A stretch of 24,000 nucleotides of DNA from an uncultured Synergistaceae bacterium (GCA_964509435.1 CAZDXA010000007.1:53059-77058), one strand, 5' to 3'. Counted from the stretch's first letter, positions 1 to 7,920 are shown. Notes: a model not told the origin generated them from the sequence alone. Numbers and translations: made by a program.

Positions 1-207
1 GTTGAAATCATCATCAAATGTGCAGGCTTTCCCGGATTTGAAGCATGACTCGCACGCATGACAGCCGCCCAGTTTCATGAATGCCGCGTCAAACCGGGTC
101 ACTTTGTGACCCTTTTTCTCTGCTTCCCTGATAAATGCCTCAGCCATGGCTGTGCTGTTGCCGTTTCTGCGCGGGCTTCCCGTGATCACTACAACTTTTC
201 TGCTCAT
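1..207 (-). CDS. Flavodoxin-like FMN reductase / iron-sulfur flavoprotein (Isf-like); N-terminal part only, gene runs off the left edge
   Basis: Own translation of the minus strand from the ATG (complement of 205-207) gives MSRKVVVITGSPRRNGNSTAMAEAFIREAEKKGHKVTRFDAAFMKLGGCHACESCFKSGKACTFDDDFN. It has an ITGSPRxxGNS flavodoxin-like loop and a compact CxxCxxCx6C motif. AGGAGGA Shine-Dalgarno (complement of 214-220) lies 6 nt upstream. Absent from the ORF track because there is no stop in the window. Confidence 0.75.
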   Translation of the reverse strand, partial: MSRKVVVITGSPRRNGNSTAMAEAFIREAEKKGHKVTRFDAAFMKLGGCHACESCFKSGKACTFDDDFN

Positions 208-435
208 TTCTGCTCCTCCTCATCATGATTCCGGCAAAATTGTTCAGGGCCCCTGCCTGAACCTCCTGTGTCCTTAATATTAGACAAAGCAGGAAATATA
301 TCAAGTACGCACATTTACGCCGTATACTATCTTCAGGTAAAGTTATCGTGTCAGGCGGCTTCGCCGGGACGCCGTCTTTTCACTGCCGGACACAGGCAAC
401 GCTGTACTGCGTCCTGACCTGATGGATTCCGGCAG

Positions 436-482
436 AAACAGCCGCAGACCGTCTCCCTGATTTCAGAGACAGTCTGCGGCTT
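436..482 (-). terminator. Hairpin terminator downstream of the tandem aldo/keto reductase genes
   Basis: GCCGCAGACCGTCTC (441-455) pairs with GAGACAGTCTGCGGC (466-480) with one mismatch. It sits 28 nt past the stop of the 508-1365 gene. The U-tract on the minus strand is short (GTTTCTG). Confidence 0.5.
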
Positions 483-507
483 TCAGTCTGCATGTTATGC
501 CCGAAGT

Positions 508-1365
508 TTATTCACCCGCGTGAACGTCAAAGGCGCTCAGGAGCATTTCCGCCCTGCCCGGCGCGTCGGGATCGTAGGCGCTCCTGCCCGTGTCAAGCGC
601 ACGCATGGCGTTCATATCCTCCTCGCTCAGCGAAAAGTCAAAGATCTCCATGTTGCTCTTCACGCGTTCGGCGTGCGTGGATTTTGGAAATACAATGATT
701 CCTTCCTGGTTTTCAAAGCGAAGGATGATCTGGCCCGGATTTTTATGATATTTCTCAGCAAGAGCAGCAATTACAGTGTTCTGAAGCAGGGACTGGCTGC
801 CGTGACCCAGCGGCGCCCACGCTTCAAGCTTCACGTCCTTTTCAGCCAGGATTTTCCTGAGTTCTTTCTGCTGGAACAACGGGTTGAACTCAACCTGGTT
901 GACGGAGGGCACTGAATCAAACTGAGGGACAAACTTGTTCCACAGTTTCGGAGTCATGTTGCTCACGCCGATCGAACGGATTTTACCGGCTTTCTTTGCT
1001 TCTTCCATGGCGCGCCAGGCTTCGGGAACAGGGCCATAGGGCTGATGAAGCAGATACAGATCGACATAGTCCGTGCCCAGCTTCTTCAGAGACGTGTCAA
1101 TAGCCTTCTTCGCGTCCTCGTACTTATAATCCTGCAGCCACATCTTGCTTGTGAGCCAGATCTGTCCGCGGGGAATGCCGCTGTCTTTCACGGCACGGCC
1201 GACTTCCTGCTCGTTGAAGTATGCAGCAGCCGTATCAATATGTCTGATGCCGAGAGCAAGTGCCTGCCTGACCGCCTTATAAGTGCTGCCGTCTGCCGGA
1301 ATCTGAAATGTGCCGAAGCCGAAAGAGGGAATGCGCGTGCCGTCATTCAGTAAAACTGTCTCCAT
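508..1365 (-). CDS. Aldo/keto reductase (DkgA/YtbE-like NADPH-dependent oxidoreductase)
   Basis: 285-aa ORF with AKR landmarks: GFGTFQIP, IDTAAAYFNEQEVG, LWLTSKMW, YVDLYLLHQP, IGVSN, NQVEFNP, PKSTHAERV. GGAGG RBS precedes the ATG at 1365. Confidence 0.95.
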   Translation of the reverse strand: METVLLNDGTRIPSFGFGTFQIPADGSTYKAVRQALALGIRHIDTAAAYFNEQEVGRAVKDSGIPRGQIWLTSKMWLQDYKYEDAKKAIDTSLKKLGTDYVDLYLLHQPYGPVPEAWRAMEEAKKAGKIRSIGVSNMTPKLWNKFVPQFDSVPSVNQVEFNPLFQQKELRKILAEKDVKLEAWAPLGHGSQSLLQNTVIAALAEKYHKNPGQIILRFENQEGIIVFPKSTHAERVKSNMEIFDFSLSEEDMNAMRALDTGRSAYDPDAPGRAEMLLSAFDVHAGE

Positions 1366-1436
1366 GCTATTTTCCTCCAGTCATTCTGTCATCTGCAAAA
1401 GCCGAAAATTTCTGCACTGTGCCGTTCCTTCGCCTT

Positions 1437-2288
1437 TCAGTCGTGAATGCGATAGGTGTTCAGCATTTTCACGACTGCGGGCGAATAATGGTCGATAATT
1501 TCAGTGTGTCCCAGGTCCATTTTGGCGATGTCCTTCATATCCTGCGCGCTGAGTTCAAAATTCCAGATGTCAAGGTTCTGCACCATCCGTTCACGGTGCG
1601 TCGACTTGGGAATCACAATCACGCCGCGCTGTACGTTCCACCGCAGAGCAGCCTGCGCTGCGCTTTTGCCGTACTTCGCGCCGATCTTCGTCAAAACGGG
1701 ATGGCTGAAGATGTTGTGCCCTCCCTCTGCAAACGGGCCCCACGCTTCAACAGCCACGCCGTACTCTCTCGCTGTCCTGAGATCCTGTTCACGCTGGAAG
1801 AACGGGTGGCATTCAATCTGGTCGACCGCCGGAACTATTTCCATGTTCAGACACAGATCCGCCAGCCGGTCAGAATAGCAGTTTGCTACGCCGATCGCGC
1901 GGACCTTTCCGTCTTTGCAGGCCTCTTCCAGCGCACGATAGGCACCGTAATAATCACTGAACACCTGGTGCAGCAGAATCAGGTCAATATATTCCACATT
2001 CAGATTCTCAAGGCAGACGTCTATCGCTTTTCTGGCCTTCTCATAGCCGAAATCCTGAACCCAAAGCTTAGTTGTGACAAAAACGTCCTTCCTCGGAATG
2101 CCGCTCTCACGAATGGCCTCGCCGACAGCTTTTTCGTTGAAATATGAAGCAGCCGTATCAATCAGGCGGTAGCCGCTCTCAAGCGCGTCACGCACCGCCT
2201 GCCTGCACTGGGCATGATCGGGAATCTGAAAAACGCCGAAACCTTCCATCGGAATTCTGACGCCGTTGTTTAAAGTTTTGTATTCCAT
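1437..2288 (-). CDS. Aldo/keto reductase, tandem paralogue of the downstream gene
   Basis: 283-aa ORF with the same AKR landmarks: GFGVFQIP, IDTAASYFNEKAVG, FVTTKLW, YIDLILLHQ, IGVAN, DQIECHP, PKSTHRERM. AGGAGG RBS precedes the ATG at 2288. A 71-nt gap separates it from the next AKR. Confidence 0.95.
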   Translation of the reverse strand: MEYKTLNNGVRIPMEGFGVFQIPDHAQCRQAVRDALESGYRLIDTAASYFNEKAVGEAIRESGIPRKDVFVTTKLWVQDFGYEKARKAIDVCLENLNVEYIDLILLHQVFSDYYGAYRALEEACKDGKVRAIGVANCYSDRLADLCLNMEIVPAVDQIECHPFFQREQDLRTAREYGVAVEAWGPFAEGGHNIFSHPVLTKIGAKYGKSAAQAALRWNVQRGVIVIPKSTHRERMVQNLDIWNFELSAQDMKDIAKMDLGHTEIIDHYSPAVVKMLNTYRIHD

Positions 2289-2335
2289 AAGTCTGCCTCC
2301 TGTATCCTTATCAGTTATTGCGTTATTTTCCTGTT

Positions 2336-2364
2336 GCGATACAATAATATCGCTGTTTAGCGAT
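2336..2364. promoter_or_regulatory. Candidate LysR operator in the divergent AKR/LysR intergenic region
   Basis: Perfect inverted repeat GCGATA-caataa-TATCGC (2336-2353), plus a third GCGAT half-site at 2360-2364. It lies between divergently transcribed genes, the classic LysR layout. Confidence 0.4.
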
Positions 2365-2422
2365 TATGTATATTGATTTGTAGTAAAAGAGCTATAACTG
2401 ATAATAATACATGGAGGAAAAA

Positions 2423-3268
2423 ATGATTGAAATTTACCTTCTTGAACAGCTTGCCGCCGCCGCTTCATGCGGCACACTGTCAAAGGCAGCACAGAAGCTG
2501 TGCATTTCTCAGCCGGCTCTTACAAAGTCAATCCGGAAAATAGAGAGCGAATTCGGATTTCCTCTTTTTAACCACATGGGCAACAGGCTTGAAATCAATG
2601 AGGAGGGAAAACTGGCCGCACAGTATGCCGAAAAAATTCTGCGCGAAGAAGAAGAGATGATGAACAGGGTAAGGCAGCAGGAAAAAAGCCGGCATCTGAT
2701 CACTGTTGAAAGCTGTGCACCTGCGCCTCTTGCCGCAGTCCAGCAGTCGCTTCTCCGCCGTATGCCCGAGGTGCCCCTTCAGCTTCAGATGCTTGCTGAT
2801 GAAAAGCAGATTGCTGCCGACCTCTCGCAGCGTGTCTGCCAGATTGCCGTTCTGACGCACTCCCTTGAGGACGGGCTCTGCACGTCGCAGAAGCTCTTCA
2901 CAGAACATCTTTACTTCTCTGTGATGCCGGCCCATCCCGCTGCTGCCATGAAAGCAGTTTCTTTTCATGATATTGACGGTGAGACATTTCTCATTCAGGA
3001 AAACCTTGGCATCTGGTGGCCTCTTGTTCAGAGAGAACTGCCGGCCTCACGGTTCATCCGGCAGAGCAGCCCCCGCGACCTGAATACACTCCGCGAAAAC
3101 TCATCGCTGCCTGCCTTCAGCACCGACATTGCCAGGCGGCTTTTTCAGCCTTTCGAGTCGAAGAGAATCGACGTGCCGATCACTGACAGCACCGCATCCG
3201 TCACATTTTATGCCGTCTGCCTGAAAAAGGACGCCGCGCGTTTCGGCAGCTTCGCTGTCAGCGCATGA
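2423..3268 (+). CDS. LysR-family transcriptional regulator
   Basis: N-terminal wHTH (LEQLAAAASCGTLSKAAQKLCISQPALTKSIRKIESEFGFPLFNH) followed by a substrate-binding-type C-terminus. The track ORF starts at 2411. I prefer the ATG at 2423 because GGAGG (2413-2417) lies 5 nt upstream. Confidence 0.9.
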   Translation: MIEIYLLEQLAAAASCGTLSKAAQKLCISQPALTKSIRKIESEFGFPLFNHMGNRLEINEEGKLAAQYAEKILREEEEMMNRVRQQEKSRHLITVESCAPAPLAAVQQSLLRRMPEVPLQLQMLADEKQIAADLSQRVCQIAVLTHSLEDGLCTSQKLFTEHLYFSVMPAHPAAAMKAVSFHDIDGETFLIQENLGIWWPLVQRELPASRFIRQSSPRDLNTLRENSSLPAFSTDIARRLFQPFESKRIDVPITDSTASVTFYAVCLKKDAARFGSFAVSA

Positions 3269-3512
3269 CGCTGAGCATGCTGTGCCGTTTCGCTGCCATT
3301 TCGCAGCGGATGGACACTGCTGACTCAGCGATGCCGTCATTTTTATTTTCCGCAGACGCCTGTGTCCTCTTATTACTGCTGACCGGCTGCAATTTTAAAG
3401 GCTTCGCTGGCTGCTCAGCAATCTGCCTGACATCTCCCTCTGACTTAACAGGCACCGTCATTTTATCTTCAGTGGTGCCGGCAGATCTGTTCTCCGAAGC
3501 ACCGTCTGCCAT

Positions 3513-3542
3513 AAAAAAAAGCGCGCCCGGAAGCGCGCTTTT
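3513..3542. terminator. Bidirectional rho-independent terminator between convergent LysR and RpiR genes
   Basis: AAAAAAAA-GCGCGC-ccggaa-GCGCGC-TTTT. GC stem flanked by an A-run and a T-run. It sits 47 nt past the RpiR stop. Confidence 0.75.
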
Positions 3543-3588
3543 AACAGTTTGCAGATGACGTTTTCCGCCGTTCAGATGCCGGACGGCG

Positions 3589-4461
3589 TCAGTACCTCAG
3601 CGAGTACACCGGGTAGTACAGCCGTTCGTCATGAAGGATTTTGCTCTGCTCGTTCAGGGCTTTGAGAGCGGCGTCCCCCATGTCAACGGAAAGCCGCGAT
3701 GTGAGAATATGGATCAGGAACAGCGGGCCGATCAGGCTGCTGCCGAACGTGGGGCTGTTGTCGCTGACAAACAGGGTCAGATCTGAATAGCTGCACACGG
3801 GCGCGGCGGGGCTGTCGGTAATAGTGATGACCTTTGCTCCCAGCTCGTGTCCCTTCTGAACGGCTTCGGTAAGAAGCACTGAATAGCTGGGCAGGTCAAA
3901 CGCAACAATAACGTCGTCTCTGCGAACGCTGCGGGCCTGTTCGATCAGCGTCAGACAGCCTGAACCGGGGTACATCTGATGGGCAGGCAGCCCGAGCTCG
4001 CGCAGACGGCTGTGAAGGCACTCGGCCATCATGCCTGAAATGCTCCAGCCCGCACAGTACACATCACGGGCGTTTTTGATGAAAGCGCAGAACTTCTTTA
4101 CATCCTCAGCATGAAGACTTTTCCATGTATCCTCAAGGTTGGCATGTTCCATCTGGCGGATGCGCTCTGAAAGATCGCCTTCCTCGCTCATGGCACGGGC
4201 CAGCATGGCCGCGGGATTGACCTGTTCAAGGACGGCTTTCTTGAGTTCTCTCTTCAGATCGGCATACCCTTCAAAGCCCAGCAGACGCGCTACACGCACT
4301 ACCTGGGCCTTCGAAACATCGAGCTGATCAGCGACCTCGCCGATTGAAATAAACGCCGCCTCGCGCATGTGCGTGAGCAGATACTCTACAACGCGGCGCG
4401 CCTTCGCAGGAACTTTGTCAAGATTATTCCGAAGCAGATCCTGAAGTTTATTGGCTTCCAT
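3589..4461 (-). CDS. RpiR/MurR-family transcriptional regulator (HTH + SIS domain)
   Basis: 290-aa ORF. N-terminal HTH_6-like segment (ISIGEVADQLDVSKAQVVRVARLLGFEGYADLKREL) and a C-terminal SIS-like region (VYCAGWSISGMMAECLHSRL, VIVAFDLPSYS, VITITDSP). AGAGGAG RBS is present. Confidence 0.9.
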   Translation of the reverse strand: MEANKLQDLLRNNLDKVPAKARRVVEYLLTHMREAAFISIGEVADQLDVSKAQVVRVARLLGFEGYADLKRELKKAVLEQVNPAAMLARAMSEEGDLSERIRQMEHANLEDTWKSLHAEDVKKFCAFIKNARDVYCAGWSISGMMAECLHSRLRELGLPAHQMYPGSGCLTLIEQARSVRRDDVIVAFDLPSYSVLLTEAVQKGHELGAKVITITDSPAAPVCSYSDLTLFVSDNSPTFGSSLIGPLFLIHILTSRLSVDMGDAALKALNEQSKILHDERLYYPVYSLRY

Positions 4462-4506
4462 CTCTAAGGCTCCTCTTGAAAATAAAATAAACTTTTGTAC
4501 AGAAAC

Positions 4507-4535
4507 ATTTTACAAAAAATAAAATGGTACGTCAA
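4507..4535 (-). promoter_or_regulatory. Sigma70-type promoter of the RpiR gene
   Basis: Minus strand reads TTGACG (complement of 4530-4535), 17 nt, then TG-TAAAAT (complement of 4507-4512), an extended -10. It lies about 45 nt upstream of the start codon at 4461. Confidence 0.65.
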
Positions 4536-5016
4536 CAGCACGGCGCGCAGCTGAAAATGAACTCAATGAAACACTATTTTCATTTCCTCGTGCATGTTTC
4601 CTTCCGTTATGCTGTCTCTGCGCCGCAGTCTGCCATTTCCGCCTGCACCTGCAGGCTGCTTCTGCCTCAGAGGTGTTTTTCTGCCGTGCGCGTCTCTGTT
4701 TCCGATTCAGACAGACGGCTGCCGGGGGGTATCTCTGTGAGTCTGCCGCGGCAAAACTGCCGGCAGGCTTTTTTCATCTTCTATAGAGACGACCTGCCTT
4801 CCGCCGATAATAAAAGGTTCAAGTCCTCAATGCCGCACAGCAGGGTAAGTTCAGCTATCAGGGAAACTGCCGGCCGGGCTGGAAGCTGGCAGCCAGCCGG
4901 GCGCTCGGCTTCGCCTGAATATAATCCCTGCAGGCCGCGCCGGCATGTTCAGCCGGGACGTCCTGCACAGCCTCCCCGGCCGGAAATTTTTCCTCAGCCG
5001 TGCAGGTACATTCATA

Positions 5017-5058
5017 AAGAACCCCGCAGGCTGGGTGTCCAGCCTGCGGGGTTTTCTT
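5017..5058. terminator. Strong hairpin terminator downstream of the ImmA-like gene
   Basis: AACCCCGCAGGCTGG (5020-5034), loop gtgt, CCAGCCTGCGGGGTT (5039-5053): a perfect 15-bp stem. T-rich runs follow on both strands (TTTTCTTC plus, TTCTTTAT minus). Confidence 0.8.
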
Positions 5059-5144
5059 CACGACAGAATTCCAAAAGCAGTTTTGTGTTCTTTCTGTCCC
5101 GCCTGAATGTGCAAAGCGCGATTTTTTTCAGGTACAAAAGGCGT

Positions 5145-5597
5145 TCACTCATCGCCGCCGTCTTCAGTCCAGTCTTCCATCAGAACGGCCCAGGCAAACT
5201 GATCGGCCTGATATTCAAATCCGTTCATGTTGGCCTGTGTCTGAGACCAGAAATAACAGCCTCTGCTGTCATGCAGCAGATGATGCACTTCGTGATAAAA
5301 TGCGAAGCGCTGCCAGAAACGGGGCAGTTCGCTGTTAAGGTGAATACGGCAGCGTTTCAGTTCGCGGCTCGTATATGTAAAGCCCCACATACCTGGCCCC
5401 ATTGAAACCCGGACCACCTCAGCCTCAAGGCCTGTGCATTCCTCGAGTTTCACCATGGCGTCAAATTCGTCAAGGTTCTGCCATTCCGCTGCCTCGCGGC
5501 GGATTGATGGTTCAATGTACTCGGGAGGCCGCGGAAATTGAAAATCCTCTTCTCCGTCAGTCCTTCTCAGACTCGTTTTCGGCACGCTTGGGCTCAC
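5145..5597 (-). CDS. ImmA/IrrE-family (COG2856-like) zinc metallopeptidase
   Basis: HExxH motif in FAFYHEVHHLLHD. It lies immediately downstream of, and overlaps, an XRE-family gene, which is the typical ImmR/ImmA arrangement. The start is uncertain: GTG at 5597 (track) or GTG at 5585. Confidence 0.7.
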   Translation of the reverse strand: MSPSVPKTSLRRTDGEEDFQFPRPPEYIEPSIRREAAEWQNLDEFDAMVKLEECTGLEAEVVRVSMGPGMWGFTYTSRELKRCRIHLNSELPRFWQRFAFYHEVHHLLHDSRGCYFWSQTQANMNGFEYQADQFAWAVLMEDWTEDGGDE

Positions 5598-5940
5598 TCT
5601 CCCAGTCGCTCAGGGCTGCGTCAATCAGGCGCTGAACCATGCTCATGTCGCGTTCGGTCAGTTTGTGGCTGCGGTACCAGATCTCAACGGGTTTCGGGCT
5701 GTCAAAAAGCTCTTCAAGCTGCAGACGGCCGCCGTTCTCGCGCGTAAAATCCTCAAGCAGATCAGAAGGTTCCACACCCAGCTTATCGGCAAGGCGGCGA
5801 AGGAGCTTCATCGACGGGTTGCGCCTGTTGCTCTCCAGTGCCTGTATATAAATCCTGCTCACATCGGTGGCATCAGCAAGCTGCTGCTGAGTCATCCCGA
5901 GAGACTTACGGAGTGTCCGGATGCGAAGACCAAGTGTCAT
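5557..5940 (-). CDS. XRE-family helix-turn-helix transcriptional regulator
   Basis: HTH_3 signature LRIRTLRKSLGMTQQQLADATDVSRIYIQALESNRRNPSMKLLRRLADKLGV. The track starts at TTG 5943. I prefer ATG 5940, with GGGAGG (complement of 5949-5954) 8 nt upstream. Confidence 0.9.
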   Translation of the reverse strand: MTLGLRIRTLRKSLGMTQQQLADATDVSRIYIQALESNRRNPSMKLLRRLADKLGVEPSDLLEDFTRENGGRLQLEELFDSPKPVEIWYRSHKLTERDMSMVQRLIDAALSDWESEPKRAENESEKD

Positions 5941-5967
5941 CAAGATAACCTCCCAGTAATAAAAAAG

Positions 5968-6005
5968 TGTACTATAAATATACTACAACAATATTCTGTT
6001 GACAA
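5968..6005 (-). promoter_or_regulatory. Candidate XRE promoter with overlapping palindromic operator
   Basis: Minus strand reads TTGTCA (complement of 6000-6005), 17 nt, TATATT (complement of 5977-5982). The 20-bp imperfect palindrome TGTACTATAAATATACTACA (5968-5987, 16 of 20 positions symmetric) covers the -10 and the likely start site. Confidence 0.45.
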
Positions 6006-6056
6006 GTACCCAAAAATTAATTTTTTCCGGAGCATAAAATTATTTTTTCACAGATA

Positions 6057-6085
6057 TGTCAAAAAACTAAATTTTCATGTATAAT
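6057..6085 (+). promoter_or_regulatory. Candidate sigma70 promoter of the second LysR gene
   Basis: TGTCAA (6057-6062), 17 nt, TATAAT (6080-6085). It lies about 58 nt upstream of the ATG at 6143. Confidence 0.5.
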
Positions 6086-6142
6086 GTTCCTGTCGGTTCA
6101 TTCTTTTTATTTATGGATGAACGCTTTAAAGGAGCTGATTAC

Positions 6143-7024
6143 ATGGACTTCAAGGAACTGGAAACCTTTGTCTCCATCGTTGAAAAAGGCAGCATTTCGG
6201 CCGCGGCTGCCGCGCTCGGCATCTCCCAGCCGGCGGTCAGCAAGCGTGTTGCCCGTATCGAAGAAGAAATGGGCGCCACAATGTTTGCCAACGGCCATAA
6301 ACATTCCACTCTCACTTCCGAAGGCGCCGTGCTCTATAAGGCTGCGCTGAAAATGCTGGATACCCGCAAGAAGGCACGCATCCAGATCGCGGAAATCTCG
6401 CAGGAACTTTACGGCACGGTGAGGATCAGCTCAAGCTCCATACCGGGCGATTTCATTCTGCCCGGACTTCTTGTGGAATTCATGGAAAAGCATCCCGGCG
6501 TCAGTGTGCAGGTTACGCAGGGCGATTCACAGTCAGCGCTTGAGGATCTGACTGACAAGAAGTCTGATCTCGCAGTGATCGGTTCAGACAAGAATCTGCC
6601 GGGATTTACAAGTATTCCCTTTTATCATGACGAGCTGGTGCTCATAGTAAACCGCAGTCACCCGCTGGCTGCAAAGAAATTCATCACCATGGAAGAAATC
6701 ACCGGTCTGAAACTGGTGGGACGCACTTCCGGTTCCGGCAGCCGCCAGGCGTGGGAACGGGTTTACAAAAGCCGCACAGGCACGCTGAAAGAACCTGAAC
6801 TTCAGTTCGGCCATACCATGGGCGTGGTCAACGCTGTTGCCAGCGGCGCCGAAGCAGGCATCGTATCGCGTTTCGCGGCACAGGCATCGCCGAGCGTGAT
6901 CATGCTGCCCTTCAAGCCCGCCGTGTACCGTGCGTTCCATCTGGTGTACGGGCTTTGCGAAACAAAAGCAGTTGAAGTCCTTGTATCGTTCCTGATCCAA
7001 AAGGCCGAACAGATCGGCAAATAA
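6143..7024 (+). CDS. LysR-family transcriptional regulator
   Basis: MDFKELETFVSIVEKGSISAAAAALGISQPAVSKRVARIEEEMGATMF wHTH followed by a LysR substrate-binding-type C-terminus. The track ORF begins at 6077. The ATG at 6143 is preferred because AGGAG (6130-6134) lies 8 nt upstream. Confidence 0.9.
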   Translation: MDFKELETFVSIVEKGSISAAAAALGISQPAVSKRVARIEEEMGATMFANGHKHSTLTSEGAVLYKAALKMLDTRKKARIQIAEISQELYGTVRISSSSIPGDFILPGLLVEFMEKHPGVSVQVTQGDSQSALEDLTDKKSDLAVIGSDKNLPGFTSIPFYHDELVLIVNRSHPLAAKKFITMEEITGLKLVGRTSGSGSRQAWERVYKSRTGTLKEPELQFGHTMGVVNAVASGAEAGIVSRFAAQASPSVIMLPFKPAVYRAFHLVYGLCETKAVEVLVSFLIQKAEQIGK

Positions 7025-7042
7025 ATCTCTCCTGACAGGCAT

Positions 7043-7085
7043 GACAAAAAGCCGGTCCGCATGCAAAGCGGGCCGGCTTTTTGTC
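7043..7085. terminator. Bidirectional terminator between convergent LysR and ArsR genes
   Basis: GACAAAAAGCCGGTCCGC (7043-7060), loop atgcaaa, GCGGGCCGGCTTTTTGTC (7068-7085). One G-T wobble. A and T runs are part of the arms. Confidence 0.8.
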
Positions 7086-7449
7086 ATATTTCAGCAAAAG
7101 GACAGACAATTTTCATGAGCTTTTCAATGACTTCATGTAGAATCCGTGCAGCTTCGGAATCGGCCGCGCGGTAATAGACCTCTTTCCCCTCGCGGCGGCT
7201 GGCGATCAGTCCCGCGTTTTTCAAAAGCCGCAGATGATGAGACACCGCTGGACTTGACATTTCCGTGAGGGCAGAGATGTTGATGACGCACTCCTCTCCG
7301 TGGCAGAGAAGCCAGAAAATGCGAAGACGGCTCGGGTCACTGAGCTGCTTGAAAGCATCCGCTACAGGGGCAAAATCACCGGCGCCGGGAAACGACGCCG
7401 TCATTTTTTCTATCGGTTGTCCGTGATGGTGAGGCAGTTCTGCGGGCAT
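7084..7449 (-). CDS. ArsR/SmtB-family metalloregulator (CadC-like)
   Basis: 121-aa ORF with LSDPSRLRIFWLLCHGEECVINISALTEMSSPAVSHHLRLLKNAGLI (ArsR wHTH carrying a Cys pair in the alpha3 region). His-rich N-terminus (HHHG) and a C-terminal Cys. AGGTGA RBS. Divergent from the metal-binding-domain gene. Confidence 0.9.
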   Translation of the reverse strand: MPAELPHHHGQPIEKMTASFPGAGDFAPVADAFKQLSDPSRLRIFWLLCHGEECVINISALTEMSSPAVSHHLRLLKNAGLIASRREGKEVYYRAADSEAARILHEVIEKLMKIVCPFAEI

Positions 7450-7503
7450 TCAATCACCTCTATTTTTCATTATTTTATCCCTTTATTTTTACCACAGATC
7501 AGG

Positions 7504-7546
7504 TGTTCCGGAACATTTTTTTTACGCGCCGGCGCACAGTTTTCAA
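7504..7546 (-). promoter_or_regulatory. Candidate arsR promoter with a 12-bp perfect palindrome at the start site
   Basis: Minus strand reads TTGAAA (complement of 7541-7546), 16 nt, TAAAAA (complement of 7519-7524). The perfect palindrome TGTTCCGGAACA (7504-7515) lies just downstream of the -10. Confidence 0.35.
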
Positions 7547-7592
7547 AAAATACTTTTTCATGTAAGAAGGCAACAGAACATTTACTTAAGCC

Positions 7593-7621
7593 TTGACAGA
7601 CTTTCATGACTGTGATAGATT
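7593..7621 (+). promoter_or_regulatory. Candidate sigma70 promoter of the HMA-domain gene
   Basis: TTGACA (7593-7598), 17 nt, TAGATT (7616-7621). Confidence 0.55.
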
Positions 7622-7631
7622 TTTAGCAACG

Positions 7632-7649
7632 ATTAAACAATCATTTAAT
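7632..7649. promoter_or_regulatory. Inverted repeat just downstream of the HMA promoter (candidate operator)
   Basis: ATTAAA-caatca-TTTAAT, a perfect 6-6-6 inverted repeat between the -10 and the RBS (AAAGGAG, 7667-7673). Confidence 0.35.
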
Positions 7650-7681
7650 TATAAATTTTCCATTCAAAAGGAGCTGTTATC

Positions 7682-7900
7682 ATGAAAAAGAGCTACAAAA
7701 TCGATGTCGACTGTGCAAACTGCGCCAACAAGATGGAACAGGCCACCAGGGAAACCCCCGGCGTGAAAAACGCTTCGGTCAATTTCATGATGCTGAAAAT
7801 GAATGTTGAGTTTGCCGACGGCGTCACGCCTTCAGACGTGATGGAACAGGTCCGGGCAAACTGCAAAAAGGTGGAGGACGACTGCGAAGTTTATCTTTAA
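7682..7900 (+). CDS. Free-standing heavy-metal-associated (HMA) domain protein, DCxxC type
   Basis: 72 aa, YKIDVDCANCANKMEQATRETPGVKNASVNFMMLKMNVEF. It has the ferredoxin-like HMA pattern with an Asp-Cys-x-x-Cys metal loop. AAAGGAG RBS. Confidence 0.85.
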   Translation: MKKSYKIDVDCANCANKMEQATRETPGVKNASVNFMMLKMNVEFADGVTPSDVMEQVRANCKKVEDDCEVYL

Positions 7901-7920
7901 AACAGCAGATGCTTTCCCGG

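Noticed and set aside
1308-2147. 279-aa plus-strand ORF
   Set aside because: Antisense shadow spanning both aldo/keto reductase genes.
3258-3512. 84-aa minus-strand ORF
   Set aside because: Its start codon abuts the terminator stem, leaving no space for a promoter or RBS. It overlaps the LysR 3' end and is a hydrophilic low-complexity sequence.
3265-3558. 97-aa plus-strand ORF containing a lipobox-like LLLLLTGC
   Set aside because: The putative signal peptide lacks a basic n-region and contains Asp. There is no RBS, and the frame reads straight through the bidirectional terminator hairpin at 3513-3542. A tiny lipoprotein cannot be fully excluded, but it is not supportable.
4858-5061. 67-aa minus-strand ORF
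   Set aside because: It starts with GTG, has no RBS, and its first 15 codons are the terminator hairpin itself.
4524-5405. 293-aa plus-strand ORF
   Set aside because: Arg/Pro/Ser/Cys-rich low-complexity translation with no RBS. It runs through a strong terminator hairpin and antisense across the ImmA-like gene. Typical spurious ORF in GC-rich DNA.
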